Positions 1 through 9,717 of a DNA stretch of 64,000 nt are shown piece after piece. The stretch is from Oligoflexia bacterium (GTDB taxonomy: Bacteria > Bdellovibrionota_G > JALEGL01): the NCBI GenBank assembly GCA_035326705.1, contig DAOLES010000002.1, forward strand, positions 58,307 to 122,306, written 5' to 3'. The notes beneath the pieces are model-generated. The model searched no databases. It was not told the DNA's origin and saw nothing but the letters and a program-made list of their open reading frames with translations. The position numbers were made by a program, and so were the translations under genes. The stretch's first letter is position 1. Every line of letters starts with the position of its first letter.

Positions 1-191
1 TATTAGCGAGTTCTATTTTTTTTGATGTCTCATATTTTAAAGTAATATATAAAAAGTATTTAGAAAATTTTTGGATTTTTGTGGAACATATAAAAATCTA
101 TTTTCTGGTAGGTTTTTATAGCCTTGGACTAGATGTATAAGATTATTATGTTAATTTGTGGTTTAACCTCAATTTTTAATCTAAGCTAAAG

Positions 192-647
192 TCAAAATAT
201 TTTACCTTGGTTTTTAACAAGTTTAGAGAGTAATGTTTGAATAGATCCAGGAATTTTTTGCCAAGACTTGGGAGCTTCTTCATGAAAACAATCCAATAGT
301 TCATATTGGTTTTTTGTTTTTAGTTTAAGTCCTATATGATTGCCTTCACCAATCATATAAGCAAAAATTAAAATGTCATTGATCCAATCTTCACCATAAA
401 TATTTTTTTGTTCTTGATTAATTTTATGTATTTCTTTCACATTTAAAAATTGAACGCCTCCAAGATTATCATCATTAAATAGTTCAAAACCGTTTGAAAA
501 AGTTAAAATATCAATCAAATCTTGAGGGATAGGTTTTTCATAAAGTTCTATAAGATATTGGATGTCTTTTTTACTAGCGCCTTTGGAAAAAGAGAATTTA
601 AAATCAGGAAACGAAGATGGGATTTTTTTTAGCTCAATTAATTTCAT
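192..647 (-). CDS. SMI1/KNR4 (SUKH-1) family protein, immunity-protein-like
   Basis: 151 aa. Sequence pattern (NGFELF..., W...IFAY, overall size) typical of the SMI1/KNR4 SUKH fold. No toxin partner inside the window. Confidence 0.45.
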   Translation of the reverse strand: MKLIELKKIPSSFPDFKFSFSKGASKKDIQYLIELYEKPIPQDLIDILTFSNGFELFNDDNLGGVQFLNVKEIHKINQEQKNIYGEDWINDILIFAYMIGEGNHIGLKLKTKNQYELLDCFHEEAPKSWQKIPGSIQTLLSKLVKNQGKIF

Positions 648-687
648 GCTATTTTAGTATACAATGAATCTTAGTATACATAAAAAC

Positions 688-2235
688 TTACAGAGGAATA
701 TTCCCATGTTTTTTGGGTGGGTTTTTATCGCGTTTGTTTTTTAATAAGTCTAAGGCTTGAATCAACTTGGCTCTTGTTTGTGATGGATAAATAACTTCAT
801 CAATAAAACCCAGTTCTGCAGCTTTGTAGGGGTTGGCAAAGGTTTTTTTATAATCTTCCACCAACTCTTTATGTTTTTGTGTGCTGTCTTTGGCTTGTTT
901 GAGTTCATTTCTAAAAATAATATTTACCGCACCATCTGCGCCCATCACAGCAATTTCTGCATTGGGATAAGCGTAATTTAAGTCACCACGAATATGTTTA
1001 GAGGACATAACATCATAAGCACCACCGTATGCTTTACGGGTAATGAAAGTAATTTTAGGAACCGTGGCTTCAGCATAAGCATACAACAATTTTGCACCAT
1101 GTTTAATAATTCCTCCAAACTCTTGTTGTGTGCCCGGCAAAAAGCCAGGAACATCCACAAAACTCACCACAGGAATATTAAAACAATCACAAAAACGGAT
1201 AAAGCGAGCAGCTTTGACTGAAGAATGGATGTCTAAGCAGCCTGCTAAAACTTGCGGTTGATTGGCAACAATACCTATGCTTTGGCCATGGGCTCGGGCA
1301 AAACCCACCACAATATTTTGGGCATAGCCGGCATGAACTTCATAAAAAGAATCTTCATCTACAACCAAGTTAATCAAAGCTTTCATGTCATAGGGTTTGT
1401 TGGCTTCTTGTGGGATTAAAGTATCCAGTGCTTCAGGTTTTTTAGGGGCTTTATTGGCGTGTTTTGGGGCTTTTTCCATATTGTTGCTGGGCAAGTAGGA
1501 TATTAGCTGACGTATGCCTACCAAACAACTTTGATCATCTGGGTAAGAAAAATGTGCCACGCCACTTTTTTTATTGTGGGTATTGGCGCCACCCAGCTCT
1601 TCTTTACTGATCTCTTCATGAGTCACGGTTTTAATGACATCTGGACCGGTAACAAACATATAACTGCTTTGATCTACCATTAAGTTAAAGTCAGTGATGG
1701 CAGGGGAGTATACTGCTCCACCAGCGCAGGGGCCCATGATGGCAGAGATTTGTGGGATGACTCCAGAAGCTAAAGTGTTACGCAAGAAAATATCCGCATA
1801 ACCGCCAAGGCTTTCTACCCCTTCTTGGATTCTGGCACCGCCAGAGTCATTGAGGCCAATAACTGGAGCCCCAATTTTTAAAGCCAAGTCTAAAATTTTA
1901 CAGATTTTTTTGGCATTGGCGCCAGAAAGCGAGCCACCAAAAACTGTGAAGTCTTGGGCAAAAACCAACACCGTGCGACCATCAATTTTGCCATAACCAC
2001 AAATAACCCCGTCGCCTTCAATTTTTTTATCCTGCATGCCAAACTCATCACAACGATGTTTGACAAACTTATCAATTTCTTCAAAACTGTTGTCATCCAA
2101 TAAAAAATCTATACGTTCACGGGCAGTGAGCTTGCCAGCAGCATGTTGTTTTTGAATACGGTTTTCACCACCACCCAAGAGGGCAGCAGTATTTTTCTGT
2201 TTCAGTTTTTCAAATGCAGGGTTGTTATTAGACAT
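688..2235 (-). CDS. acyl-CoA carboxylase carboxyltransferase subunit (propionyl-CoA carboxylase beta / methylmalonyl-CoA carboxyltransferase family)
   Basis: 515 aa. Two carboxyltransferase halves with conserved blocks (GGGxxRIxKQH, ...GGAYDVM...) characteristic of PccB/MmdA-like enzymes. Confidence 0.85.
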   Translation of the reverse strand: MSNNNPAFEKLKQKNTAALLGGGENRIQKQHAAGKLTARERIDFLLDDNSFEEIDKFVKHRCDEFGMQDKKIEGDGVICGYGKIDGRTVLVFAQDFTVFGGSLSGANAKKICKILDLALKIGAPVIGLNDSGGARIQEGVESLGGYADIFLRNTLASGVIPQISAIMGPCAGGAVYSPAITDFNLMVDQSSYMFVTGPDVIKTVTHEEISKEELGGANTHNKKSGVAHFSYPDDQSCLVGIRQLISYLPSNNMEKAPKHANKAPKKPEALDTLIPQEANKPYDMKALINLVVDEDSFYEVHAGYAQNIVVGFARAHGQSIGIVANQPQVLAGCLDIHSSVKAARFIRFCDCFNIPVVSFVDVPGFLPGTQQEFGGIIKHGAKLLYAYAEATVPKITFITRKAYGGAYDVMSSKHIRGDLNYAYPNAEIAVMGADGAVNIIFRNELKQAKDSTQKHKELVEDYKKTFANPYKAAELGFIDEVIYPSQTRAKLIQALDLLKNKRDKNPPKKHGNIPL

Positions 2236-2336
2236 GAGAGTAAACTTAGTGAAAAAGTACTCGGCTGTCTATAAATTACTCAACTGCACTTTGATTAAGA
2301 AAATCAAATGTTGATAGCGTTCACTGACCCATAATA

Positions 2337-2774
2337 CTAATCAAGTTCACCTGGTTTTCTTAGCATTTTTTGGACTTCATTGATGTGTTCTTGCTCATCA
2401 CGTACCATGGTTCTGGCATATTCTTCTAATGCAATATGTTTGTTGTCCACAATAGAAAGCAGCTCTTTGTACTTGTTCAATTGTAATTGTTCATGTTCTA
2501 AGCTCTCTTTTAAAATATCATTCACTTCATGTTTATGTGTTTCAAGCAGAGGCGCAATTTTTAAAGATGGATGACCGCCTAAGCTTGTGATGTGTTCACC
2601 AGCAGTGCCCGCATGAATTAAAGACTCAGAGGCTTGGTCTCTTAACCATTTAACAATAGGTATTCTATGATGACCAAAAATCATAAGAGAGTAGTGCGTA
2701 TATTTTACAACTCCCGCAAGCTCATGCTCCATAATTGCATTTAAAACCTTAATAATTGACTCTTTGTTTTCCAT
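2337..2774 (-). CDS. ferritin-like protein (Dps/bacterioferritin superfamily)
   Basis: 145 aa, four-helix ferritin-like pattern with conserved His/Glu/Asp spacing (HEL...E, E..H..E). Confidence 0.55.
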   Translation of the reverse strand: MENKESIIKVLNAIMEHELAGVVKYTHYSLMIFGHHRIPIVKWLRDQASESLIHAGTAGEHITSLGGHPSLKIAPLLETHKHEVNDILKESLEHEQLQLNKYKELLSIVDNKHIALEEYARTMVRDEQEHINEVQKMLRKPGELD

Positions 2775-3000
2775 AAAAACCTTTCAGTATCTGCTAAGAT
2801 ATAAAAATTTATTATTGATAAGCTATTGACCCATGAATCATAAACCCGGGGAATCATTTTTGTAAAGCTCTAATTTAGAAGTGCTCAATAACGGGGGCCT
2901 AAGCCATAAAATAAAAATTATAAAAAACACTTGCAAAGTTTAACAGTATTGATAATGACTATCAATATTAATTTAAAACCACACTAGGAGGAAGACAGTC

Positions 3001-3459
3001 ATGTCACTTAAAAAAATAATGTTTGCCGTTGCAGGAATTGCAATTTTTTCTAACGCTTTTGCACATCCTTCAGGGACTTATAGGTTAAATCAAGATGATG
3101 CAGCCACATTAGAGATTAATGTACTCAGCGAAGTATGTTTTTTTGATATTGAAGGCTATGTGTCACATGACGGAGGCAATGATGGCCATAAAAGAGAATT
3201 CACTTTTTCTTCTGCAGCACAAGAATTAGGCTTTGAATCAGCAACCTACATTGAACTTTTTGAAGAATTAGATGAGTTTCAAAAAGCCGATGGACAAGAA
3301 GCATTAGAATATTACGCCAAAATAGAAAGCTATGACCCAGTTACAAGATCATGCGTGATTTCAAGCGATATGATTCCAGTGACAGATGTACAACAAGAAG
3401 ATGGTACTGTGGTTGAATATTTAGGCGATTATCTTCTAGAACTGATTAAACGCAAATAG
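3001..3459 (+). CDS. secreted hypothetical protein
   Basis: 152 aa, N-terminal signal peptide (AGIAIFSNAFA), acidic. A GGAGG-like SD (aggagga) precedes the ATG. Confidence 0.5.
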   Translation: MSLKKIMFAVAGIAIFSNAFAHPSGTYRLNQDDAATLEINVLSEVCFFDIEGYVSHDGGNDGHKREFTFSSAAQELGFESATYIELFEELDEFQKADGQEALEYYAKIESYDPVTRSCVISSDMIPVTDVQQEDGTVVEYLGDYLLELIKRK

Positions 3460-3540
3460 TAAGGGCTTATTTTCAATGACTTGAGGGGAGGCTATAACCT
3501 CCCTTAAGCTTTGGCATATGATTTAAAATAAAGTTAATAT

Positions 3541-4584
3541 ATGTCTTGCAACCATAATACATACAAATGTCTACTTGTTATTGTTACGTTTACACTACTG
3601 TTTGGATGTAGACCCAATCAGCGTGCCCCAAAAGATAATGTTGTTTCTGGGCGTAAAATAATTAAAAAACAAATTATTAAAGCAGAACAAGAACCTATTA
3701 TTCCTGAATCTAATCAGGAAAAAAATCAACTGTCAGTTCAACAAGCTGCGCAAGAAAATTCTGAAGGTGTTACTAAACCACAGCTTAACAATATTGAAGT
3801 GCTTTCTTATCAAGATAGAATCATTCAAAAAATTTTAAAAAACCATTCTATTGCAGAACTTAATGAGAACACAAGAGCATGGTTAAATTATGCAACAGTT
3901 CATGTTCCAGATCAGGTCTTTGATTTTGGGCTTCATTTTTATGCTGCAGCCAATGATGACCTCAATGAATACCATGCATCTAATATTGCTTTTGACTTGC
4001 AGTACGCTGTGCTGGAACCAATAGTCTCAAAAAAAGATGCAGCAAAAAAAATAAAATTAAAGATTAAATGGCATAAAAACTCAGTGTTGCATAGAGAAGT
4101 CTATTCTACCTTATGCCCAGAGCAAGTTTGCATCCCATCATTTTTTAAGTTGTCATACAATCTAGAAACAAAAATGCTCAAAGCAGATTATATTGAAGGC
4201 ATGTCAGGTCCTTTGAAATACGATTTTCAAAATGAGACGCATCATGTTTTTACTGCGGAGGATATGGGTGCCTTAAACTGTATTTTGAATATGGAAATAG
4301 ACAATCCAGATTCCTTTCTTTGGGAAAATCCTATTGAGCGCTATCTTGGAGCGGATTCTCAAGCAAGCATTGATATTGAACCCATGAAAGACCGTTTAGA
4401 TGGAATAACGGGGGCTACTGATTTGGTTAATGCGCCTTATGATAATTGTCCTGTTCCCAAAGGCGGTTTATGGACAACGGTTACTGTTTTTGCTCACGGC
4501 TATGAAATGTACAGACGTATTGATGATAGACAAATAGAAGACTGGCTTTTAAGCTTTGAACAGCCCATGGCACCGCATGTTTAG
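3541..4584 (+). CDS. putative lipoprotein, hypothetical
   Basis: 347 aa. Hydrophobic N-terminus ending in a LLFGC lipobox-like motif. Confidence 0.5.
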   Translation: MSCNHNTYKCLLVIVTFTLLFGCRPNQRAPKDNVVSGRKIIKKQIIKAEQEPIIPESNQEKNQLSVQQAAQENSEGVTKPQLNNIEVLSYQDRIIQKILKNHSIAELNENTRAWLNYATVHVPDQVFDFGLHFYAAANDDLNEYHASNIAFDLQYAVLEPIVSKKDAAKKIKLKIKWHKNSVLHREVYSTLCPEQVCIPSFFKLSYNLETKMLKADYIEGMSGPLKYDFQNETHHVFTAEDMGALNCILNMEIDNPDSFLWENPIERYLGADSQASIDIEPMKDRLDGITGATDLVNAPYDNCPVPKGGLWTTVTVFAHGYEMYRRIDDRQIEDWLLSFEQPMAPHV

Positions 4585-5089
4585 CGATTTATAAGAAATA
4601 TGAAAGGCATAGAGTAAAAAACATTTTAAAGTACATAAAATGTTGCAACATGTATTTATTGATAATAATAATCAATATCATGAAATTAGATCAACATAAA
4701 AATTTTAAAATCTCTGAATGTGAATGCGGAGGCTATGTTTTAACCATTTCTATGTTTAGCATGCATTTAGATGCGGCTAAGCTTGACAGTTTGGTTCATG
4801 CCCTCAATGCTTTTTACCTTTCTAAAATGAATAATAAGTATAAAACTTATCATAAGCAAGAGCACCTTAATTAACCTTGGCTAAAAACAGGGACCTTCTC
4901 AGTAAAAAATTTATAAAAAGCTATTTTGTTTAGCAAGTCAAAATGAAGTTTCAATATTCCATAGGAATCAAAGGGTAGAAATTTCGGCCAGGTTTTATAT
5001 TTTTTGGCTCAATTTTTAGTTCATTAACTTATAGTTATTGAACAAACTAACAATTTGCTAGTTTTTATAGATTGATTTATTTAAACACT

Positions 5090-5869
5090 ATGAATACAGA
5101 TGTATTGGCTTTGCAAGATGGCCATAGTTCTATTCGTCAATATCAAAATAAAGCGATTGAAGCAGATCTTTTACAGAAAATTTTGCTTACTGGCACGCGT
5201 GCTGCCACATCAGGCAATATGCAATTTTATGCTATGGTTCTTACTCAAGACCCACAACAAAAACAAAAATTATATCAAGCACATGGTGAGCAAGCCATGA
5301 TTTTACAAGCACCTGTTTTGATTACTTTTTGTGCAGATTTGCATAGGATGCAACGCTGGTTTGATGTGCGAGAAGCCAAAACTTCTTTTGCCAATGAAGT
5401 TAGTCTTATCAGGGGTATCATCGATGCCAGTTTATTAGCCCAAAATGTTGTTTTAGCTGCTGAGGCTATGGATTTAGGAACCTGTTATATGGGTTCAACA
5501 TTAAAGGGTATTAAAGAAATCGTGAATATTTTAAACTTGCCTAAACTGGTTGTTCCAGTAACAACTATTTGTATGGGGTATCCAGCAGAAGAGAAAAAAA
5601 GAATTGAACGTTTACCTTTAGCAGCAGTTGTGCATAATGAAAGTTATGACAGCTTTAATGCAGAAAGAATAGATACAGTTTACAGTCAACGTGAACAAGA
5701 CTATTGGCTTAGGTTTACACAGAACCCACAACGAAAAAAGGTTTTAGATCGTGATAATGTGAGCAATGTTGCGCAAGCTTATAGAGCTTTAAAGTATGAT
5801 CAACAAGAGTTAGAGGATTATTCAAAAAATTTATGGGAGTGCTATCAAACGCAGTTCTTATCTGTTTGA
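5090..5869 (+). CDS. nitroreductase family protein
   Basis: Nitroreductase-fold motifs (R.S.R.Y.., ...C.DLH...). The ORF track starts at a TTG at 5072; the ATG at 5090 (MNTDV...) is the more likely start. Confidence 0.65.
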   Translation: MNTDVLALQDGHSSIRQYQNKAIEADLLQKILLTGTRAATSGNMQFYAMVLTQDPQQKQKLYQAHGEQAMILQAPVLITFCADLHRMQRWFDVREAKTSFANEVSLIRGIIDASLLAQNVVLAAEAMDLGTCYMGSTLKGIKEIVNILNLPKLVVPVTTICMGYPAEEKKRIERLPLAAVVHNESYDSFNAERIDTVYSQREQDYWLRFTQNPQRKKVLDRDNVSNVAQAYRALKYDQQELEDYSKNLWECYQTQFLSV

Positions 5870-5876
5870 TCCAGGT

Positions 5877-6773
5877 TTGACATGTTATGAAAAGGCACAT
5901 AAAGTGCAGCAAGAAAAATATATGCAACTGAATGTTAAAAACGAATACGCTTCCTTAAAGTCAGTAGCCTATTGTTTGGGTCTTTACGTGCCGGTTGCAA
6001 AAAGTTATGTTACCCAAGACCCAGAGTTTCACAAATTTCATTCACTAAAAGAAACCTGGGATATCAATCTCTTAATACAACAGCAAGAAGCATTTTTAGA
6101 GCTTTTACAGTCTTACAATGTAGACTTGATTGAAATTGAAGCAAAAAAAACATTGCCATGGCAGATGTACACGCGTGATGTTGCTTTTGTCATTGGTGAC
6201 AAAATATTTTACAGTCAAAATAGAAAATTTAAAGAGCGCAATGGCGAGTTTGATCAACTGGCAAACAGGATCAATCAATTGTCTATTGATAAAAAGCAAT
6301 GCATAGAAATTGTATCTGGGCAGATTGAAGGTGGTGATGTTATGCCTACGGATGATCAAGTTTTAGTTGGGTTAAGTAGTCGTACATCACAGGAAGCGAT
6401 TGATGAACTTGCACAATATGTTGATGTCAAGGTATTGAATTTGGGTGAAAATATTATGCATTTAGACACACGTTTAATGATTGTATCTAAAGATATAGCC
6501 ATTATTCATCGCTCCAGCTTTAATGAAAAAGACATTGAATACCTTCAAAAAAAATACACCTTAATTGAGGTAAGTGATGAAGAGGCAAAACTGTTGGCGA
6601 CCAATGTTGTGCTTTTAAATCCAGAAACCATTATAGTAGAACAACAACAAAAAAGACTTCAAAATGAATTGAAACAGCATGGCTTTAAAATTGAAAAACT
6701 TAGTTACTCAGAGCCCATCAAATTAGGTGGATCATTTAGATGCACCAGTCTTACTTTATCACGAGAACCCTAG
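5877..6773 (+). CDS. amidinotransferase-superfamily enzyme (DDAH / arginine deiminase-like)
   Basis: 298 aa ending in GGSFRCTSLTL, the C-terminal catalytic-Cys motif of the amidinotransferase/DDAH fold. Immediately follows the nitroreductase gene. Confidence 0.55.
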   Translation: MTCYEKAHKVQQEKYMQLNVKNEYASLKSVAYCLGLYVPVAKSYVTQDPEFHKFHSLKETWDINLLIQQQEAFLELLQSYNVDLIEIEAKKTLPWQMYTRDVAFVIGDKIFYSQNRKFKERNGEFDQLANRINQLSIDKKQCIEIVSGQIEGGDVMPTDDQVLVGLSSRTSQEAIDELAQYVDVKVLNLGENIMHLDTRLMIVSKDIAIIHRSSFNEKDIEYLQKKYTLIEVSDEEAKLLATNVVLLNPETIIVEQQQKRLQNELKQHGFKIEKLSYSEPIKLGGSFRCTSLTLSREP

Positions 6774-6775
6774 TT

Positions 6776-7804
6776 TTATTTTTCAGCGTAAAGATAAGTT
6801 TCAAAATTTTCAGGAAATACACAACTTTTAAGCTGGCCCCCACTTGCATAGGCCACAGCTCGTTCCAGTAATTTTGTTAAGTTTTGATCTAGTTGTTCCA
6901 TGTTTTTTTGAGCTTTAACCTTATAAGAGACCACATAATAAGGAGTGTGGTTTTGTGGGAAAAATAATTTTCTTTCTTCAATATCAAGTTCTATAAAAGT
7001 ATCTGAACCTAGATTTTTTTCCCAATGGCTCAACTCCATACCTGCTCTAATACCTAAGTTTTCAGAATAAGGCATGATATCGGCGTGACAGGTTTTTTCA
7101 AGGGCTTGATTAAAAAACCATGTCTGTTCTGATGAAAGGGGTAGGTTGGAAGATAGTGAAGCAAAAGAAATAAAATTTTTAGCATGCGATCGATAGGTAA
7201 AAAATTGTTGAGGTATGTTAATGGTTTGCATAAAAGAAGGTAGAAAATGACGGATATTATTGTGAGTTACAGATAATTGAAAGTTTTGTAAGTTATTGTC
7301 TTCATACAGACTCAAACCCAGTTCATTTTTCCAGGTGAGGGTGGAGGGGTTAAGACTTAGTAATCTTTGCTGGTATTCTAAAGGTAAAAGGCTAGTGCCT
7401 GAGCTAAATTTGATGGTTGAGCTTAAGTCTAAATGGGGATTGTTTTTTTTCTGAAGAACTCTTACTCTTATGATGATTCCATCAGGGTTGAGTGACGAGT
7501 CTTCTGTATCAATGTAGTAAGCTAGTCCTCTGCGTTTTGGTTGTAAGCTGTGAGCGATCAAAGGCATCAATTGATCCATATGAGTGATAGGTGTTCCATT
7601 GTTTTGACATAATGAACTGGCCGTTTCAACTTGAATATAAGTGTTATTGCTTGTAGCGTTTTTATTCACAATTAAATTTTTTTGACTCAATTGATTATAG
7701 AGTGAAAAAAAATTCTGTGCTGAATTTTGTGCAAAAGAAATCTTAATTGTAAGTAGACACATAACAACACCTACTTTGCGCAATAAACAGTTACGATGAA
7801 TCAT
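6776..7804 (-). CDS. secreted hypothetical protein
   Basis: 342 aa, N-terminal signal peptide, no recognisable catalytic motif. Confidence 0.45.
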   Translation of the reverse strand: MIHRNCLLRKVGVVMCLLTIKISFAQNSAQNFFSLYNQLSQKNLIVNKNATSNNTYIQVETASSLCQNNGTPITHMDQLMPLIAHSLQPKRRGLAYYIDTEDSSLNPDGIIIRVRVLQKKNNPHLDLSSTIKFSSGTSLLPLEYQQRLLSLNPSTLTWKNELGLSLYEDNNLQNFQLSVTHNNIRHFLPSFMQTINIPQQFFTYRSHAKNFISFASLSSNLPLSSEQTWFFNQALEKTCHADIMPYSENLGIRAGMELSHWEKNLGSDTFIELDIEERKLFFPQNHTPYYVVSYKVKAQKNMEQLDQNLTKLLERAVAYASGGQLKSCVFPENFETYLYAEK

Positions 7805-7845
7805 GACATTTTCCCCCTAGTCTTAGTATTATAATTTAGTTAGTA

Positions 7846-9126
7846 TTAATTTTTGATTTGAATAAAATAAGACTTAAATAATTGTGTTCCTTTATCTGAC
7901 TTTCCTGTTTTTGGGTCAAAAATACCGGTAATCCCAAAGTCATTATCATTGATTAAATACAAGGCATCCATAGCAGGAACATATGTAATGCCTTCATATT
8001 TATCAGCAAGGCTGTTCAGTTTATGGTCTTTTAAATCCATCCATAAAGTTTTAGAAAGAGCATATTTTTTCAGCAAATCTTTTTTTGAAAGAGATTCAAG
8101 TTGAGTGCTATTAAATATCATGGCATCATAAGCGTTGGCCAATAAATTTTTATCCGCAGCTATGCTTATTTTGTATATTTTTTTAATGGCGTCATTATCA
8201 TTTTTACCGTCACGTTCAATAAGCAAAAACTCATTTTCATTGAGAGCGGTCATGCCTCCAATTTTATCGGCTTGTTTAACGTCATCTAATAAGTATACAT
8301 ATTGACCCGTGACCTCTCTTTTTTTAAGATCAAACTCTATAATTCTAATAACATCACTTTTCTTTTTTGTAGGAAGCGGACTTTGTAAAACAGCATACAA
8401 TTTATCATTAGCAATGCTGACAGCCTCAAAACCACGATTCATTTTCCGTTCTTTAATGACTTCAGGTAAAACAGCATGAATATGTGCACTTTTATAACCT
8501 GTTCCTTGTGGAACATATTTGTTTAACATTTTTCCTTTTTTATTAAATTCTACGATGGCTGGGCCATATTCATCAACCAACCAAAAATGACCTGCTTGAT
8601 CTATTGCAATCCCCTCTGGGTCTAAACCGTAGGCATTAAGCGTTAAACTTTTACCGACAAGGTCTGTTGGAGGTTCATGTTGATGTTTTTTATCTTTGCT
8701 TGTTGCTAAATTTGGAATACCCGTTAATGGCTGGCCTTGAGGGTCTTGTAATAAAAGTTGTTTATGAATATTCATGATATTTTTTTTGGTATCAAAAACC
8801 AACTGAATGAGGCGCAATTGGTAGTCAGGTAAGAGAAAAGGTCTGCTTTTTTCCGAATTTTTCTCAAAAGCAAAAGGTTCTGCGTTAGGACCACGATCAG
8901 TTAAGGTCCAAAAATAAAGCTTATTTTTTTTCTGATGAGAAAAAGTTAAGCCAGATAAACCTCCAAAATAAACAGTTTCATTGCCTAAAGTGGTCCCTAA
9001 CTTAATGTTTTTAGGGAGTTCTAGTGTTTTAACTTGCGTGTTTTTTGCAAAAGTAAACGAACAAGAAAAACATAGAATAAAACACAAAAAAGGTAATAAT
9101 CTCAGCTTTTTAGTTTTTAAAATCAT
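7846..9126 (-). CDS. secreted hypothetical protein (possibly phytase-like esterase / beta-propeller family)
   Basis: 426 aa, signal peptide. Repeated GxDxEG-like blocks suggest a beta-propeller; family assignment is uncertain. Confidence 0.4.
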   Translation of the reverse strand: MILKTKKLRLLPFLCFILCFSCSFTFAKNTQVKTLELPKNIKLGTTLGNETVYFGGLSGLTFSHQKKNKLYFWTLTDRGPNAEPFAFEKNSEKSRPFLLPDYQLRLIQLVFDTKKNIMNIHKQLLLQDPQGQPLTGIPNLATSKDKKHQHEPPTDLVGKSLTLNAYGLDPEGIAIDQAGHFWLVDEYGPAIVEFNKKGKMLNKYVPQGTGYKSAHIHAVLPEVIKERKMNRGFEAVSIANDKLYAVLQSPLPTKKKSDVIRIIEFDLKKREVTGQYVYLLDDVKQADKIGGMTALNENEFLLIERDGKNDNDAIKKIYKISIAADKNLLANAYDAMIFNSTQLESLSKKDLLKKYALSKTLWMDLKDHKLNSLADKYEGITYVPAMDALYLINDNDFGITGIFDPKTGKSDKGTQLFKSYFIQIKN

Positions 9127-9295
9127 AGCATGTAGTAAATCATATTAATATTAAGAATAGATTAATTTTTCAAGTTTTATGGATATTCGATCAAGGTTGA
9201 TTTTTTATGGTTTTTTTTAAGACAAAGGTTGTTAAAATGTTAAATAGGCAATAAAGCGTAGAGATACATAAAGAAAGAGATGGTTTTAAAGCAAT

Positions 9296-9700
9296 ATGGA
9301 AAATATTAAAGCAAAAATTCTTTTAGTGGATGACGATGATTTTTTTCTTGAATATATGCACAGCCGCTTATCGGATGAAGGTTTTGATGTGCAGGTTGCA
9401 TTATCTGTTGATACTGCCTTAGAAATGTTAGAAAGTGATGACTTTGATTTGTGTGTGACAGATTTTAAAATGCCAGTAAAGACGGGTGAAGACTTGTTGA
9501 GAAGTTTAAGAATAGATACCAAGTTAGGACTCAAAGATTTACCGGTGATTGTTTTATCTTGGATCAGTGACCAAGATATTAGAAAACGTTTAGACAGTTA
9601 TGGCCCTAGTGCATTTTTAGAAAAAATGTTGCGTCCGCATCAGATTGCTAAAATCATTGATAATATTTTACAGGAAAGAAGATCTTACTCTTTACACTAA
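9296..9700 (+). CDS. single-domain response regulator (CheY-like receiver)
   Basis: 134 aa. Has LLVDDD acidic pocket, phospho-acceptor Asp in DFKMP, and a conserved T/S and K (VIVLS...K). No output domain. Confidence 0.75.
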   Translation: MENIKAKILLVDDDDFFLEYMHSRLSDEGFDVQVALSVDTALEMLESDDFDLCVTDFKMPVKTGEDLLRSLRIDTKLGLKDLPVIVLSWISDQDIRKRLDSYGPSAFLEKMLRPHQIAKIIDNILQERRSYSLH

Positions 9701-9717
9701 ACAATGCTCAATATTGT

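Noticed and set aside
978-1221. Short ORFs (60-75 aa) on both strands inside the carboxyltransferase gene; similar internal/antisense ORFs inside clpB, aspS, argS and the cytochrome genes
   Set aside because: Fully embedded in long ORFs that carry strong conserved motifs. Composition is typical of frame-shifted noise in AT-rich DNA.
4650-4874. 74-aa ORF in the 480-bp gap before the nitroreductase gene
   Set aside because: Extremely AT-rich, low-complexity N-terminus (MYLLIIIINIMKL), no RBS. More likely non-coding promoter DNA; it does contain a small ATTCC-ATA-GGAAT palindrome.
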